Source of the DNA: a virus
Taxonomy: Duplodnaviria; Caudoviricetes
DNA: 57,208 bases
Virus record (IMG/VR): IMGVR_UViG_3300045996_001423
Location: 1 to 57,208 of that record
Strand: one strand, 5' to 3'
Part shown: positions 28,428 to 38,100 of the stretch, in pieces
Layout of the letters: every line of letters begins with the position of its first letter
How positions within the stretch are numbered: the first letter of the stretch is position 1
Notes under the pieces: generated by a model
Database searches by the model: none
What the model was told of the DNA's origin: nothing
The model's input: the letters and a program-made list of their open reading frames with translations, nothing else
Program-made: the position numbers and the translations under genes

Positions 28428-28569
28428 TGTCTTCACACCTGCAACCACCAAACAATGCGCTGTTGCACTTGCACCAGCCGCAGCGAATACACGTGTAGCA
28501 GAACGGACATTGCTGCTTTCCCGGTCTGACTATTTGTAGTTCTTCTTTCTTACAACACTCACACTTCAT
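28420..28569 (-). CDS. 49-aa protein with 11 Cys, not in ORF track
   Basis: MKCECCKK...CPFCYTCIRCGWCKC...CRC; GAGG SD, ATGA overlap. Confidence 0.55.
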   Translation of the reverse strand: MKCECCKKEELQIVRPGKQQCPFCYTCIRCGWCKCNSALFGGCRCEDND

Positions 28570-29225
28570 GGTTCGCCTCGAAGACCGCCTGACCGTTTCA
28601 CATTACTCAGTAGATCTGTTGTCAAGGTGTTCTGATGCTTGTCTGCGTAATATCGCAGCGTGTCCTTGCGCACACCCAAGCTTCTTGCGGCGTCGGTTAG
28701 CGCCACTCTGTCACCGTCCAACAATATGAACCGGGTGTTCTTTCGGTTGTTCTGTTGCTCTTTTCGTGTCGCCCATCGGCAGTTTCCGGGGTCGTAGTGG
28801 CCGTTGTTATCTACGCGCTCAATCGAATGCCCGCGAGACGGGCGCAAACCCATGTCTTCTAAAAACGCCTCAAACGACTCCTTCCACCTGTCGCAGACAG
28901 TGATACCTCTTCCACCGTAATCCTTGTAGCGTGAATCTGAATGACTGAGACACCTGCTGCGCATGTTCAACCATGACCTAAAGGTTGGTGTCAGGTTGTT
29001 TGTCTTCGCGTGCCCGTGACGCGTCCGCTGGTTAGTTGTTGAGCACGACTTACACTGAGTTGAGTGACCATTTCTGAGCGCCACACCTTTCACAACACCG
29101 TACCGGCCACACGAACAGATACAGTTCCAGCTAACGCCGTTATTATCACTGGACGCGATGTCCACCACTGTCCATTGACCGCAGATCTTCCCTGTCATGT
29201 CCCGAAAGTTTGATGTCCTTGCCAC
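28566..29225 (-). CDS. free-standing HNH homing endonuclease
   Basis: WNCICSCG, SWLNMRSRC, YGGRGITVCDRW, SIERVDNNGHYDPGNCRWAT..Q.NN. Confidence 0.9.
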   Translation of the reverse strand: MARTSNFRDMTGKICGQWTVVDIASSDNNGVSWNCICSCGRYGVVKGVALRNGHSTQCKSCSTTNQRTRHGHAKTNNLTPTFRSWLNMRSRCLSHSDSRYKDYGGRGITVCDRWKESFEAFLEDMGLRPSRGHSIERVDNNGHYDPGNCRWATRKEQQNNRKNTRFILLDGDRVALTDAARSLGVRKDTLRYYADKHQNTLTTDLLSNVKRSGGLRGEP

Positions 29226-29229
29226 AGTA

Positions 29230-30217
29230 TTACGCTGCCTCTTGTGTGTCAAGCGATTCCTGCTGAGCGAACAAGTGTGACAAATGCGTAAGCAGCCTGC
29301 AGCGGTACAACTCCATTTCCTCCGCACATAAGCTGTTCGTTACGATATTCGTCCACATCGCAGGCCACCCCATCAGCCAGCAGACGAACGCCGGATTTAA
29401 CCGCTGGCGCGAGGTCCGGTCTTTCGGTGAGAGTTTCTGCCCACTTGGAAAGTTCTCCGGGTCCGTAAGTATAGACGGGAAGCCCTGTTCTACCTGCCAG
29501 TCCAGCATGTCCATGCGGCTCTTGCCGTCCTTCCTTGTAACCGCTGGACCACTGCCTTTCCAGATCCTTGCGGCTGGTGTAGACCACGCATTCTTCTTGA
29601 TCCACTCTTCCACTTGGTCCTGCAACTTGATTCGGGGGTTCTCCACCCCCGGTCTCTCCAGTGGCTGCGTTCCTCCGGTCGGGGTTCTCGGCGTACGCCA
29701 AAATGAAGAGTCTGTATCTCTCATGGTTCGCGCCCGTTTCGTTCGCTGTGAACAGGCCCGCCCTAACGCCGTAACCCATTGATCGAAGCTCATCCCGTAC
29801 TTCTCGAAATCCGAGTCGAAGATGTCCCCGAACGTTTTCGAAGAAACAGATCTGCGGCTTGATCTCCTTGACTCTTTCAGCAATGTGGGGCCAGACGTGG
29901 CGGGGGTCTGCGGTGCCGAGTTGTTTACCCGCAACTGAAAACGGCTGGCAGGGGTAACCTCCAGTGACTGAATCCACGAAGCCACACCATGGCTTACCGT
30001 CGAAGGTTTTAACGTCAGACCAGACAGGTGCTTTATCCAAGGCCGCGCTTTCCATCCCTCGCCACGAGGAGGGCCGCAGCGTAGGCTTCCCGTTCGACGT
30101 TACACACAGTTCGTACCCTCCCCACTCCGAGGTACTCGCAGCCGAGTCGGAATCCCTCATCGAGCATTCCTGTTCCTGTGCAGAAGCTAATGTTATTGAT
30201 GGTAGGTAAAGCCACAC
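29230..30217 (-). CDS. overlapping-frame MTase beta polypeptide (motif IX), broken by the same extra G; intact part 29230..29985
   Basis: WRTP/WSTP repeats and RLNPAFVCWLMGWP; frame open from GTG 30217 if one G is removed. Confidence 0.7.
29249..30215 (-). pseudogene. C5 cytosine DNA methyltransferase (alpha frame), interrupted by one extra G at 30056-30058
   Basis: Motif I (ISFCTGTGMLDEG) is in one frame; motifs IV GYPCQPFS, VI FFENV, VIII HERYR and X GNGVV are in another; deleting one G gives LLVAR-MESAALD. Confidence 0.8.
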
Positions 30218-30673
30218 TCAGTTTTTTGTCTCCTTTGGTACCCAACGGACTTCCACTCCACCCTTTTGTAAAATGTCTGCTGCCATTGAAAAGTCGTACC
30301 GGGGGTCGTTCTTGCGTTCTTCATACCGATCCTGGTCGCAGTAGAGAACGGCAATCCCAGCCTCGCTGATACACGACGCACAGTTAGCACATGGATACCA
30401 GTTCAGGTACATTACCGCGCCTTCCGTGGGATAACCTCTTCGGGCAGCTTTGCAGAGAACACGCTTTTCTGCGTGGTTAATCCAGTTATACTTGTCTGGG
30501 CGGCTGGTGTTTTCCTTTGTGGGGTCCACACCAGGAGGCAGCATGTTTGCGGCCATCACCACACTTTGGGTGCCGTTATCTACAGCGCACACGGTTTGGG
30601 TGTCCGGGTCGTCGCTATCGTCTTCTCTCAGGAGGAGGGCCTCGTATAGAGTTTGGTTAAACGGATGGTTCAT
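30218..30673 (-). CDS. dCMP deaminase
   Basis: SDDPDTQT, NHAEK, WYPCANCASCI..AGI. Confidence 0.88.
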   Translation of the reverse strand: MNHPFNQTLYEALLLREDDSDDPDTQTVCAVDNGTQSVVMAANMLPPGVDPTKENTSRPDKYNWINHAEKRVLCKAARRGYPTEGAVMYLNWYPCANCASCISEAGIAVLYCDQDRYEERKNDPRYDFSMAADILQKGGVEVRWVPKETKN

Positions 30674-30839
30674 CCTTCTTCTTTCTGCCGAACAACTTCT
30701 TAAACCCACTCGCTACTTTGCCCGCTACGAACTTGGCTCCGTCCTTAATCTCTTCGTAGCCTTCTCTGTTGCCTGTGTCGAACAGAGGCTTTCTGTTGCT
30801 CCTGAAGTGGCGGGGGTAGTCCTTCCAGTCATTACTCAT
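30657..30839 (-). CDS. small basic protein
   Basis: GGAGGT SD, TGATG junction. Confidence 0.5.
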   Translation of the reverse strand: MSNDWKDYPRHFRSNRKPLFDTGNREGYEEIKDGAKFVAGKVASGFKKLFGRKKKDEPSV

Positions 30840-31027
30840 CAGTGAATTACCTCCGTCGAACCAGCCTGCTCCATTAGTTCAATCTGCTGATCTACCAGGC
30901 AGGCCATGCTGCTCACGATGGAAGGCAAATGCGCCAGTCCCGCTTCGCTGAACTCAGCCTGTTCTACTTCAACAAGCACGTCCATACCTTCCCGCTCGAC
31001 CAGAATGGTCAGGTTATATCTCTTCAC
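30839..31027 (-). CDS. hypothetical protein
   Basis: GGAGG SD, GTGA overlap. Confidence 0.55.
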   Translation of the reverse strand: MKRYNLTILVEREGMDVLVEVEQAEFSEAGLAHLPSIVSSMACLVDQQIELMEQAGSTEVIH

Positions 31028-31620
31028 GCCGCCGCCTCCGTGACAGGGTTAAGGTCCGAGCAGATGAAAGCGAAGACTTGCAGAGCGTCTGCCTGCAACT
31101 GTTCCAGTGTTGTGTTGTTGATGATGGTGTAGTCGAACACAGCGTTGTCAAGCTGAGTTTCAGAGATGTGGTTAGGGTCTCTTGCAAGGTCTACGTAGCC
31201 GGGGCGGTATACCTTTATCGTGTAGCCCTTGTTGGCTTTGACAAACGCTCTCTCGTTCAGGTAGCGCATGTCGCTAATCAGCGCAAACTGCGGCTTCTCC
31301 TGCTCGATGCGGGCCTTGAGCTTGGTAACCCAATAAAAATCATTTTGCTTGCGCCGGTACTCTCCCCAGAATTGAAGGACTCTGGAGTGCTTACCGTTGG
31401 GGCATAGCGGGTCGTCCATCGGGGGGTTAGGATCTAGCGGCACGCCGAACTTGAACGCGATGGTGGACGCTCCGATTTCCTCCACTTCCCGTTTCAGTTC
31501 GTCCGCGAACGCGAAGCGTCTCACGTCGTAAATGTGGGCGTAGTGCTCGATGATGGTCTTGACAACGGTGTCCTTCCCTTGGCGAGCGCGGCTTCCCACT
31601 CCGATCAATACTGTTCTCAT
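31024..31620 (-). CDS. deoxynucleoside monophosphate kinase
   Basis: IGVGSRARQGKDT, FAFADELK, LQFWG, ISDMRYLNE, HISE. Confidence 0.88.
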   Translation of the reverse strand: MRTVLIGVGSRARQGKDTVVKTIIEHYAHIYDVRRFAFADELKREVEEIGASTIAFKFGVPLDPNPPMDDPLCPNGKHSRVLQFWGEYRRKQNDFYWVTKLKARIEQEKPQFALISDMRYLNERAFVKANKGYTIKVYRPGYVDLARDPNHISETQLDNAVFDYTIINNTTLEQLQADALQVFAFICSDLNPVTEAAA

Positions 31621-31638
31621 TTGCACCTAATAGATGTG

Positions 31639-32697
31639 TTAAGGCATTACCGGAATAGGTCGAGACATGCGCCAATCCGTTCTGCCGTTAGTCTGATGAA
31701 TCTCTACCCACCCCAGAGTTGGCGGGCGGGGCGACATAATCTTTGCGTCCCCGATGTAGCTTTCTACTTCGCACAAACAACCCGACTCAATGGCTAACAC
31801 TCCGAAGTCGGCCACAGCGTAAGAAAGTTGGTGTGTGTGCGCTTGCACTAAGGTGCGTACGTTCTTCACTATCCCCATCGGCTCTGCAAAAGATTTCAAC
31901 CAGTGAAGCACCGGGCCTGTAGCCGCCTTACCAGGTATTACGCTGTACTTCTCCGCGTGACTAAACACGCAGTCCCCGTGCTGCCAAAGAAAGTCGAACG
32001 TAGCGTGGTCCTTGGAAATGGACTCGGCAATCTCCACGTTCTTCAGTTCAGAAGCCATCAAGGACAGGGGGTTAAGAGCGCCGGGGGCCGTAACCGCCAG
32101 GTAAGACATGACTTCCGGAGGAAGCCGTTCCGCCAGGTACTTCCTCGTGCGGTGGCAATGGTTCCCGCCGAAGACCACAATCCTCTTGAAAGACTCGGCA
32201 AGAAGCGTCAGTACCGCCTGTCCCTCCCTGAATTCCTCCAGGGGTTCAGTCTCTTTCTTACCCTTAGGCCAGCGGGACCAGGACCACGACGTGAGAAAAT
32301 CTCCGGGTATCACAAGGAGGTCAGTAGAAGGAGCTTCCTCCAGCAAAGCCTTTAGCGCTCCTCTGTGATGAAAGGGCACATGAAAATCACTGGCTGATAT
32401 GATCTTCAAACGTTCCTGAGTAAGCGTGGGGGCGGCGGGGGTCTTGTGAGTCCCCGACATCCCAATCCAGTTCTTGTACTCGGCGTACGCTTGGTCAAAC
32501 GTTGTGGCCGGGGCCGCGATCTCAGGAATTCCACCGCGTGATATCCACTCCTTGATCGTTCTGCTCCGTCGATCTCCAATGTTCATCAGCCCCCGGATAT
32601 GTCCCCGCGTAGCCTCCAGAGGGTTAATGCCGTTGGCTCGCAGCAGTTCGCAGGCTTTGGCCACTTCCTGCGCTGTGACGGGCGTGTTGTTGTTCAT
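31639..32697 (-). CDS. calcineurin-like metallophosphoesterase with N-terminal extension
   Basis: SDFHVP, PGDFL, GGNH, SHAE, AHTH motifs. Confidence 0.82.
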   Translation of the reverse strand: MNNNTPVTAQEVAKACELLRANGINPLEATRGHIRGLMNIGDRRSRTIKEWISRGGIPEIAAPATTFDQAYAEYKNWIGMSGTHKTPAAPTLTQERLKIISASDFHVPFHHRGALKALLEEAPSTDLLVIPGDFLTSWSWSRWPKGKKETEPLEEFREGQAVLTLLAESFKRIVVFGGNHCHRTRKYLAERLPPEVMSYLAVTAPGALNPLSLMASELKNVEIAESISKDHATFDFLWQHGDCVFSHAEKYSVIPGKAATGPVLHWLKSFAEPMGIVKNVRTLVQAHTHQLSYAVADFGVLAIESGCLCEVESYIGDAKIMSPRPPTLGWVEIHQTNGRTDWRMSRPIPVMP

Positions 32698-32975
32698 TTC
32701 GTTTGCATACTCTGCAGTTGCTCCATGAGACGAACCCGTTCCGCCCTCTCCAGCACAAGCTGCTCTTTCAATGAATTTGTTGCTTCTGTTTGTACGGCTA
32801 TCGCTACGACGAGCTTGGATATGTCCTCACGCAACGTCTTAACGGCTGTTGAACCATTGGTGTCAATATGAGCCACCTTTGCGTCCAGCGTGCCGTAAGC
32901 GATTCCAACCAGCACCAGTGTCACAACAATCTGGACGATGGTGCCGATGTCTATTTTGTTGTCAAGTCGGGGCAA
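32694..32975 (-). CDS. single-TM plus coiled-coil protein (holin-like)
   Basis: GGGAG SD plus TTG start; TM segment IVQIVVTLVLVGIAYG then coiled coil; lies after the tail genes. Confidence 0.5.
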   Translation of the reverse strand: MPRLDNKIDIGTIVQIVVTLVLVGIAYGTLDAKVAHIDTNGSTAVKTLREDISKLVVAIAVQTEATNSLKEQLVLERAERVRLMEQLQSMQTK

Positions 32976-32987
32976 AATATCGCTCCC

Positions 32988-33028
32988 AAAAAGAAAGGCG
33001 CTGCAGACTGACACAGAGTCTGAGCGCC
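32988..33028 (-). terminator. intrinsic terminator
   Basis: GGCGCT-CAGACT-loop-AGTCTG-C-AGCGCC-TTTCTTTTT. Confidence 0.8.
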
Positions 33029-33054
33029 GTCAAGTACACGTGTACCTACAAATA

Positions 33055-33084
33055 AGTATACCACACACCCGTGTCGTGTGTCAA
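33055..33084 (-). promoter_or_regulatory. sigma70-type promoter P3
   Basis: TTGACA-CACGACACGGGTGTGTGG(18)-TATACT. Confidence 0.8.
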
Positions 33085-33088
33085 CCCC

Positions 33089-34048
33089 TTAACTGACCCG
33101 AATCATAACCTGTGAGCCGTTACGGTAAAGCTGTCCAAGTGCCACGCCACCCGCAGACGCTGCCGCGTCGTCCGTGTAACTGGTGGAGGTTCTCAGGTGC
33201 GGCATAAAGATCTGCCCTATTCCGTCAATGCTGAAGAACGTGTGAAACACCCCAGCCCCGAATACGTCATTCATCGACCCGACCAGCATTATCAGCGTGT
33301 CTTCAGAGGCTCTGGTCCCTCCGATGACGACGGCACCCTCGCCGCCGTTGTCGCTGTAATTTATGAAATAACCAGACCACTGCCCTGGCGGGAAAGTGTG
33401 TATGCCTCCGTCGAACGTGCCGTTGTACGCGGCCAATCGGTAGTTAGCCGTCAACAGGCCGTCAGAGTTTATCGTTGCCCGCGCAATATTGTTGGTGTAG
33501 AGCGAAATCCATCCCGCATCGACGCTCAGAAGATCGAGGCTTCCGGACCCGCGCTGCATGATTTGGAAGTTTCCGTTGTCGCCCTCGTTCCGGAAGATGC
33601 GGGCCGCGTAATCTGTCCATGAACCACTGGTAGAGGTATTATGCCGTGTGTGAAAATCCACGAACGACCCACCGCTTACTTCCGAGCCGACTTCGAAAGA
33701 CCCGTTCGGAAACGTAATCACTCCAACCGCACTGAGGGTGAGCAGGTCGGTGTATGTTCCGGCAACATACCGGGCAAGCGCCATGGAATGATCCGACTTT
33801 TGGCGAATTGACCACTCAGACACGCCGCCGCCGTTGTACAGCACTACTTCCGGTACTGCCGACGCACCATGAAGCTTCACACCCCCCACGGTCTCAATAA
33901 CGACGTTGCTCAGTGTGTTGCCGCCACCGTTCACACTAAACTTCCAGTTGATGAAGTTATCCATCATCTGGTCCCACTTGGTGGGGGTGACGTACCGTTT
34001 GCCGTTAGCGTCCACGGCCATGTCTGCGAAGTACGGCGCTAAGGCCAT
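33089..34048 (-). CDS. tail fibre-like protein
   Basis: Gly/Ser beta-rich; FVDFH...DYAARI repeat type; C-terminal YTDDAAASAGGVALGQLYRNG. Confidence 0.65.
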   Translation of the reverse strand: MALAPYFADMAVDANGKRYVTPTKWDQMMDNFINWKFSVNGGGNTLSNVVIETVGGVKLHGASAVPEVVLYNGGGVSEWSIRQKSDHSMALARYVAGTYTDLLTLSAVGVITFPNGSFEVGSEVSGGSFVDFHTRHNTSTSGSWTDYAARIFRNEGDNGNFQIMQRGSGSLDLLSVDAGWISLYTNNIARATINSDGLLTANYRLAAYNGTFDGGIHTFPPGQWSGYFINYSDNGGEGAVVIGGTRASEDTLIMLVGSMNDVFGAGVFHTFFSIDGIGQIFMPHLRTSTSYTDDAAASAGGVALGQLYRNGSQVMIRVS

Positions 34049-34052
34049 AACG

Positions 34053-34319
34053 TTACTCCTGTGCCGGGGCTACCGGGGTGGGTTGGGGTGGCATCTCAGC
34101 CGTCATGTGAAACACGAGGGTGTCTCCGTCGTACGACCAGGTGCGAGCTTTGTTCAGATCAACGCCCGCTTTTGTCGCCAGCCGCTGAATCGTCTTCTGG
34201 TCGGTCACGGCGATGGCCTCGATCATCGTCTTCATCTTCTCGACCGTCGCGTGGTTGTCCCGCAAAGTCTCCGCAAGGTCCGCACTCAGCGGAATGCGTA
34301 CTGTACTGTTGTTTTCCAT
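34053..34319 (-). CDS. hypothetical protein
   Basis: Packed ORF in the tail module. Confidence 0.6.
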   Translation of the reverse strand: MENNSTVRIPLSADLAETLRDNHATVEKMKTMIEAIAVTDQKTIQRLATKAGVDLNKARTWSYDGDTLVFHMTAEMPPQPTPVAPAQE

Positions 34320-34332
34320 CTAAGATTTTTCC

Positions 34333-34719
34333 TTAAGGTTGTTCAGGGAGAAGTACGGCCAGAGTTTCAAGAACTCCCGGCATTTCCGCCTTCAACACTA
34401 TGTCGAGGGCTTCTTCCTGCTCTGTTGTGTTCCCGTCTTCCCCACCCGGTGGTTTACAGAGATACTCTGCAACCGCTTCAACGGCGGGGATCTGCAGCAA
34501 CGCTTCCGTGGCGAACACTGCGTAGTGACTGGAGTAGAGGCCGATGCCGTACGCCAGTGCCTGCTGCTTTTTGTAGAGGCTGGTTTGTTCCGGTGTAGCC
34601 TCTGCCGGAAGGGGCAACGTCCTAACGTAGAACGCCGCCGCCCGCATCACAACACGTACCCGGCTGAGTGCGTCCTCGTTGCTGCTGATTCGGCTTATCT
34701 GATAAAGTGAAAGGGGCAT
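34333..34719 (-). CDS. hypothetical protein
   Basis: AGGA SD; tail module. Confidence 0.6.
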   Translation of the reverse strand: MPLSLYQISRISSNEDALSRVRVVMRAAAFYVRTLPLPAEATPEQTSLYKKQQALAYGIGLYSSHYAVFATEALLQIPAVEAVAEYLCKPPGGEDGNTTEQEEALDIVLKAEMPGVLETLAVLLPEQP

Positions 34720-34737
34720 TACATTCCTAAAATTGTG

Positions 34738-34767
34738 TTGACACACGAACCGTGTGTGTGATAGGTT
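34738..34767 (+). promoter_or_regulatory. sigma70-type promoter P4
   Basis: TTGACA-CACGAACCGTGTGTGTGA(18)-TAGGTT. Confidence 0.65.
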
Positions 34768-34775
34768 TGGGTTGT

Positions 34776-35144
34776 ATGAAACTTTTCCAAACTCTGTGCT
34801 TGTGTCTTGTTTCCGGCGTTTTAGCGAACGCGGGTGCTGGTCACGAACCTATCGCCCAAGAAAAAACTGTCGGAAACGTTAACGTTCTCCTAGTGGTCAC
34901 TGAGAACGAAGTAGACGTATTCCTAAGAACGAGTAACTGCTCTGTCGTTTCTGTCTTGGTGGGGATTGTGTTCGACGGTCACGGTGTGGTGTCCAAGGCG
35001 GCTACCACATGGCCTAACCCTCGCGGGTGCCCGAACGGATTCCCCGTAAAGATAACCTTCCCCAACCCAAAAGGCTACATAGTGGGAGAAGTCAGAGTTG
35101 AGGAGACCATTCGCGCCACTTCTCAAACGATCTTCCTCAGGTAA
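34776..35144 (+). CDS. putative exported protein on the opposite strand (moron-like)
   Basis: Signal peptide MKLFQTLCLCLVSGVLANA; own promoter P4. Confidence 0.65.
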   Translation: MKLFQTLCLCLVSGVLANAGAGHEPIAQEKTVGNVNVLLVVTENEVDVFLRTSNCSVVSVLVGIVFDGHGVVSKAATTWPNPRGCPNGFPVKITFPNPKGYIVGEVRVEETIRATSQTIFLR

Positions 35145-35147
35145 CAA

Positions 35148-38100
35148 CTATGTGACGTTCGTGATAATTCCGGCGTTCACAGTAATAGTACCTGTACTAA
35201 CGCCATCATTCTTGGTGTAGCCAATAAAACCGGTCCAACCAGACGACCCGTTGACGGAGACGTTGGCCCCTGTTCCGCTTAGAAGAATGCCAGATCCGGC
35301 AACTTGAACTGTTATGTTACCAGAATCGTCTCGGACAGACACTACACCTCCGAATGGATTTGCGTCAAAACGAAGTCTTTCAGATCCTCCACTCGTATAC
35401 AACACCATTGAGGCGTCAGACGAAGAACTAGCGATCAAACTGAAGTTTGTACCAGAAGACGTAGTCGGGTGCATACTAATCGCCCCAGGTCTCACTATCA
35501 CCATGTTGGTGTTACTAGTGGTGTAAACTTGCAGTCCTGCAACAAACCCATGAGCGAACTCATTTGTAAGTTTGGTAATAACACTATTCAACGATAGAGT
35601 GAACGTTCCTCCAACCATCTCTAGTGTTGAGCCGTTGCACTCCAACTTTGGGCTGGAACTGAGAATGCCGGGAGCAATCTTGATGTTCCTAAAATACGCC
35701 CCCTGGTACGGAATGCCTTGGTCCTCTCCAACCATGCACAGCAGGGTTCCAAGCAAGTCTCTCACTACAAACCTTACTGGTCTACCACTTCCCGGACCCA
35801 CAAGGATCTCGTTGGTGGACAACTGAGTCGTCCCAATCGCCCCGGCCACGACATTACCAGCGATGATCGTATTAGCGTTCAGAATGTCGATGGCGTCCAC
35901 GGCAGCGGTCCAGCCGCTACCCGTACTGCGATACAACTTGTACGGCGTAGAGCTTGTCAGTACCACTGGGGTACCGGTAGGGTAAGCCGCGTTTGGCATC
36001 GCGGGAAGCGACGACACAAGGTGTGTAATCGACAGCCCTGCTGCGTGGGCCGCTGCCGGGATATTGGCTATCTTATTACCGTCGAGCGCTCCTGACGGAG
36101 GCGGTATGGTCAACGAGAAACCGGGGGTTCCGGTCGGCCACAACGGAGGAACCGTTGTTACCTCGCCGTCCCTGTTACGGGAGTTGGTGTCCTGCGCTAC
36201 AGCCCTGAACTCCCATTCATACTCTGTCTCCGGAAGATGCTCAATTATCGCCGCTCCCGGCAACCCGCCCTGATTCGGGTACCCGAGCAGGTACCAGTTC
36301 CCATCCTCCCTCTTCGCCCAGAACTCAATAAAAGCCCAAGTTGGGTCGTTGGGAGCAGTGAACGTCGGTGTGAGGAGCAGTGCCTCCTTCCCGTAGTAGT
36401 CCGATCCCATGTAGGTGTACGCGACCGAGAACCCGGTCACGTCGCTGACAGGCACAGACACGTGAGGCGGTTGTATGTCAAGGCTTACTTCCGGGGTTGT
36501 GCCCTCGACATAAGTGTTAGGATTACCATCCGCGTCCACCGATATCCAGCGAAGCTTTACAGTGATCGGCGCTGAAGGGAGGTGCTCAATATAGATGATC
36601 CTCTCTGCCACAGAACTGGTGTCTGTGATCGCTCTCCACCCAAGCTCCGGGTAGTCCGACCGCCAATGCTCTACGAAGTACCCGCCGAAGTCCAGACTAC
36701 CTTCCGGGAGGGTGCACGTTGCCGTGATCTCGATCACCTTCCTGCCCGTAGCAGGAGATATGTCGTATTCCCACGTCGCAGCTTCGTTGGTGACAAGATC
36801 GGCGTTCTCCTGCCCACCTGCACCAGACTGCCTGACAACCGAGAACGTATACGATCCGGTTACCCCGTGAACAACGGAGTTTACCTTGCCGTCTTCCCCG
36901 CGAGGCCGTACGTAGACGGTGTAGTCTGTCTCTACCTCCGGGACTTTCCACTCCCCGTCCAGAGAATACTGAGTACGGGAGACAGGCTCCCCAGTGACCA
37001 GTGCATACCTGTCGTCTTCAGGGGTGCCGGGGTCGTTCGGAATATCGGGAGCGAACCGGATGATATCCCAGTAAGCGATGTCCTTGAACCGGGGATCTTC
37101 CGTTGGGTGTTCCCACGAAAGCTTCCACCTCCACCACTGCTCCGCGCCGCGACGGTTGACATACTCCATCGTTCCGGTAACGTTGCGTGCGTTGGGGAAC
37201 CACTCCGACCCGTTAGCCCCGGCATCGTGAGGCGTAACAGTCACCTTCACACTCGGGGAAGGATTGTTAGAGTCTGCTCTGTTCAGGGGGTTGCGAACAT
37301 ACTTCGAACCGCTAACGACAATCACTCGCCAGTCTTCTGACTGTTTCGGTTCCGGGTAAGCGACCTTTACTACAGGCTCTTCAGGGTTCCACCGCTGCTC
37401 GAACTGGAGTTCGGGCTTGGACAGAGACACCATCTTTGACGCCACGTTTGAGTCATCGTCAATGTAGAACGCCGCCTCTGTTTCCGACAGGCCGGTCTTC
37501 CCTGCCCCGATTTCAACCGCGTCGTCCGGTGCCTGAAGGAACACAAACAAACGGTCGAAGTTGGCGTCACCTTCCGGTGGTGTAACCGGAACAGTGATGA
37601 CTGCGTGCCACACACCAGACCGCTCTTCCCAATCGAGGTGAGCCGCGCCAAGCGTAACGTCGCCGGGAGCTACAAGCTCTTCCGCGATTTCAGTTGTGTC
37701 GAGAGGGAACTCAACCCTGACCGCCGCAGAGTATCGCGATGTCGGGCCGTACGCTTCCCCTTTGACCTTTGTGTAGATCCTCTCTTCAGTGGTTCCTACT
37801 TCAAGGGATACTCTGGTGATTGACAGAGCAACCGAACTGGAGGAGGTAAGACCGAGCGACGACGGTGTTGCGCCGCTCACTCCCAAAGAAACTCTCTGCC
37901 ACTGCCCGCAAAGCTTGATTACTTTTGAGGCAGACCCGAACGTGAGAGTAAGCGACACTCCCGCTGTTCCCTTCACACTCAGAGACAAACAGCGGGAAAC
38001 TCCTGCCGGGGTTGGAACCGTTATAGACTTACTAGTTGCGACCGTTACGGTGTCAATCTCAGACTGCTTACCGTCAGGGTTGAGGCCGATTGCCCTCGTC

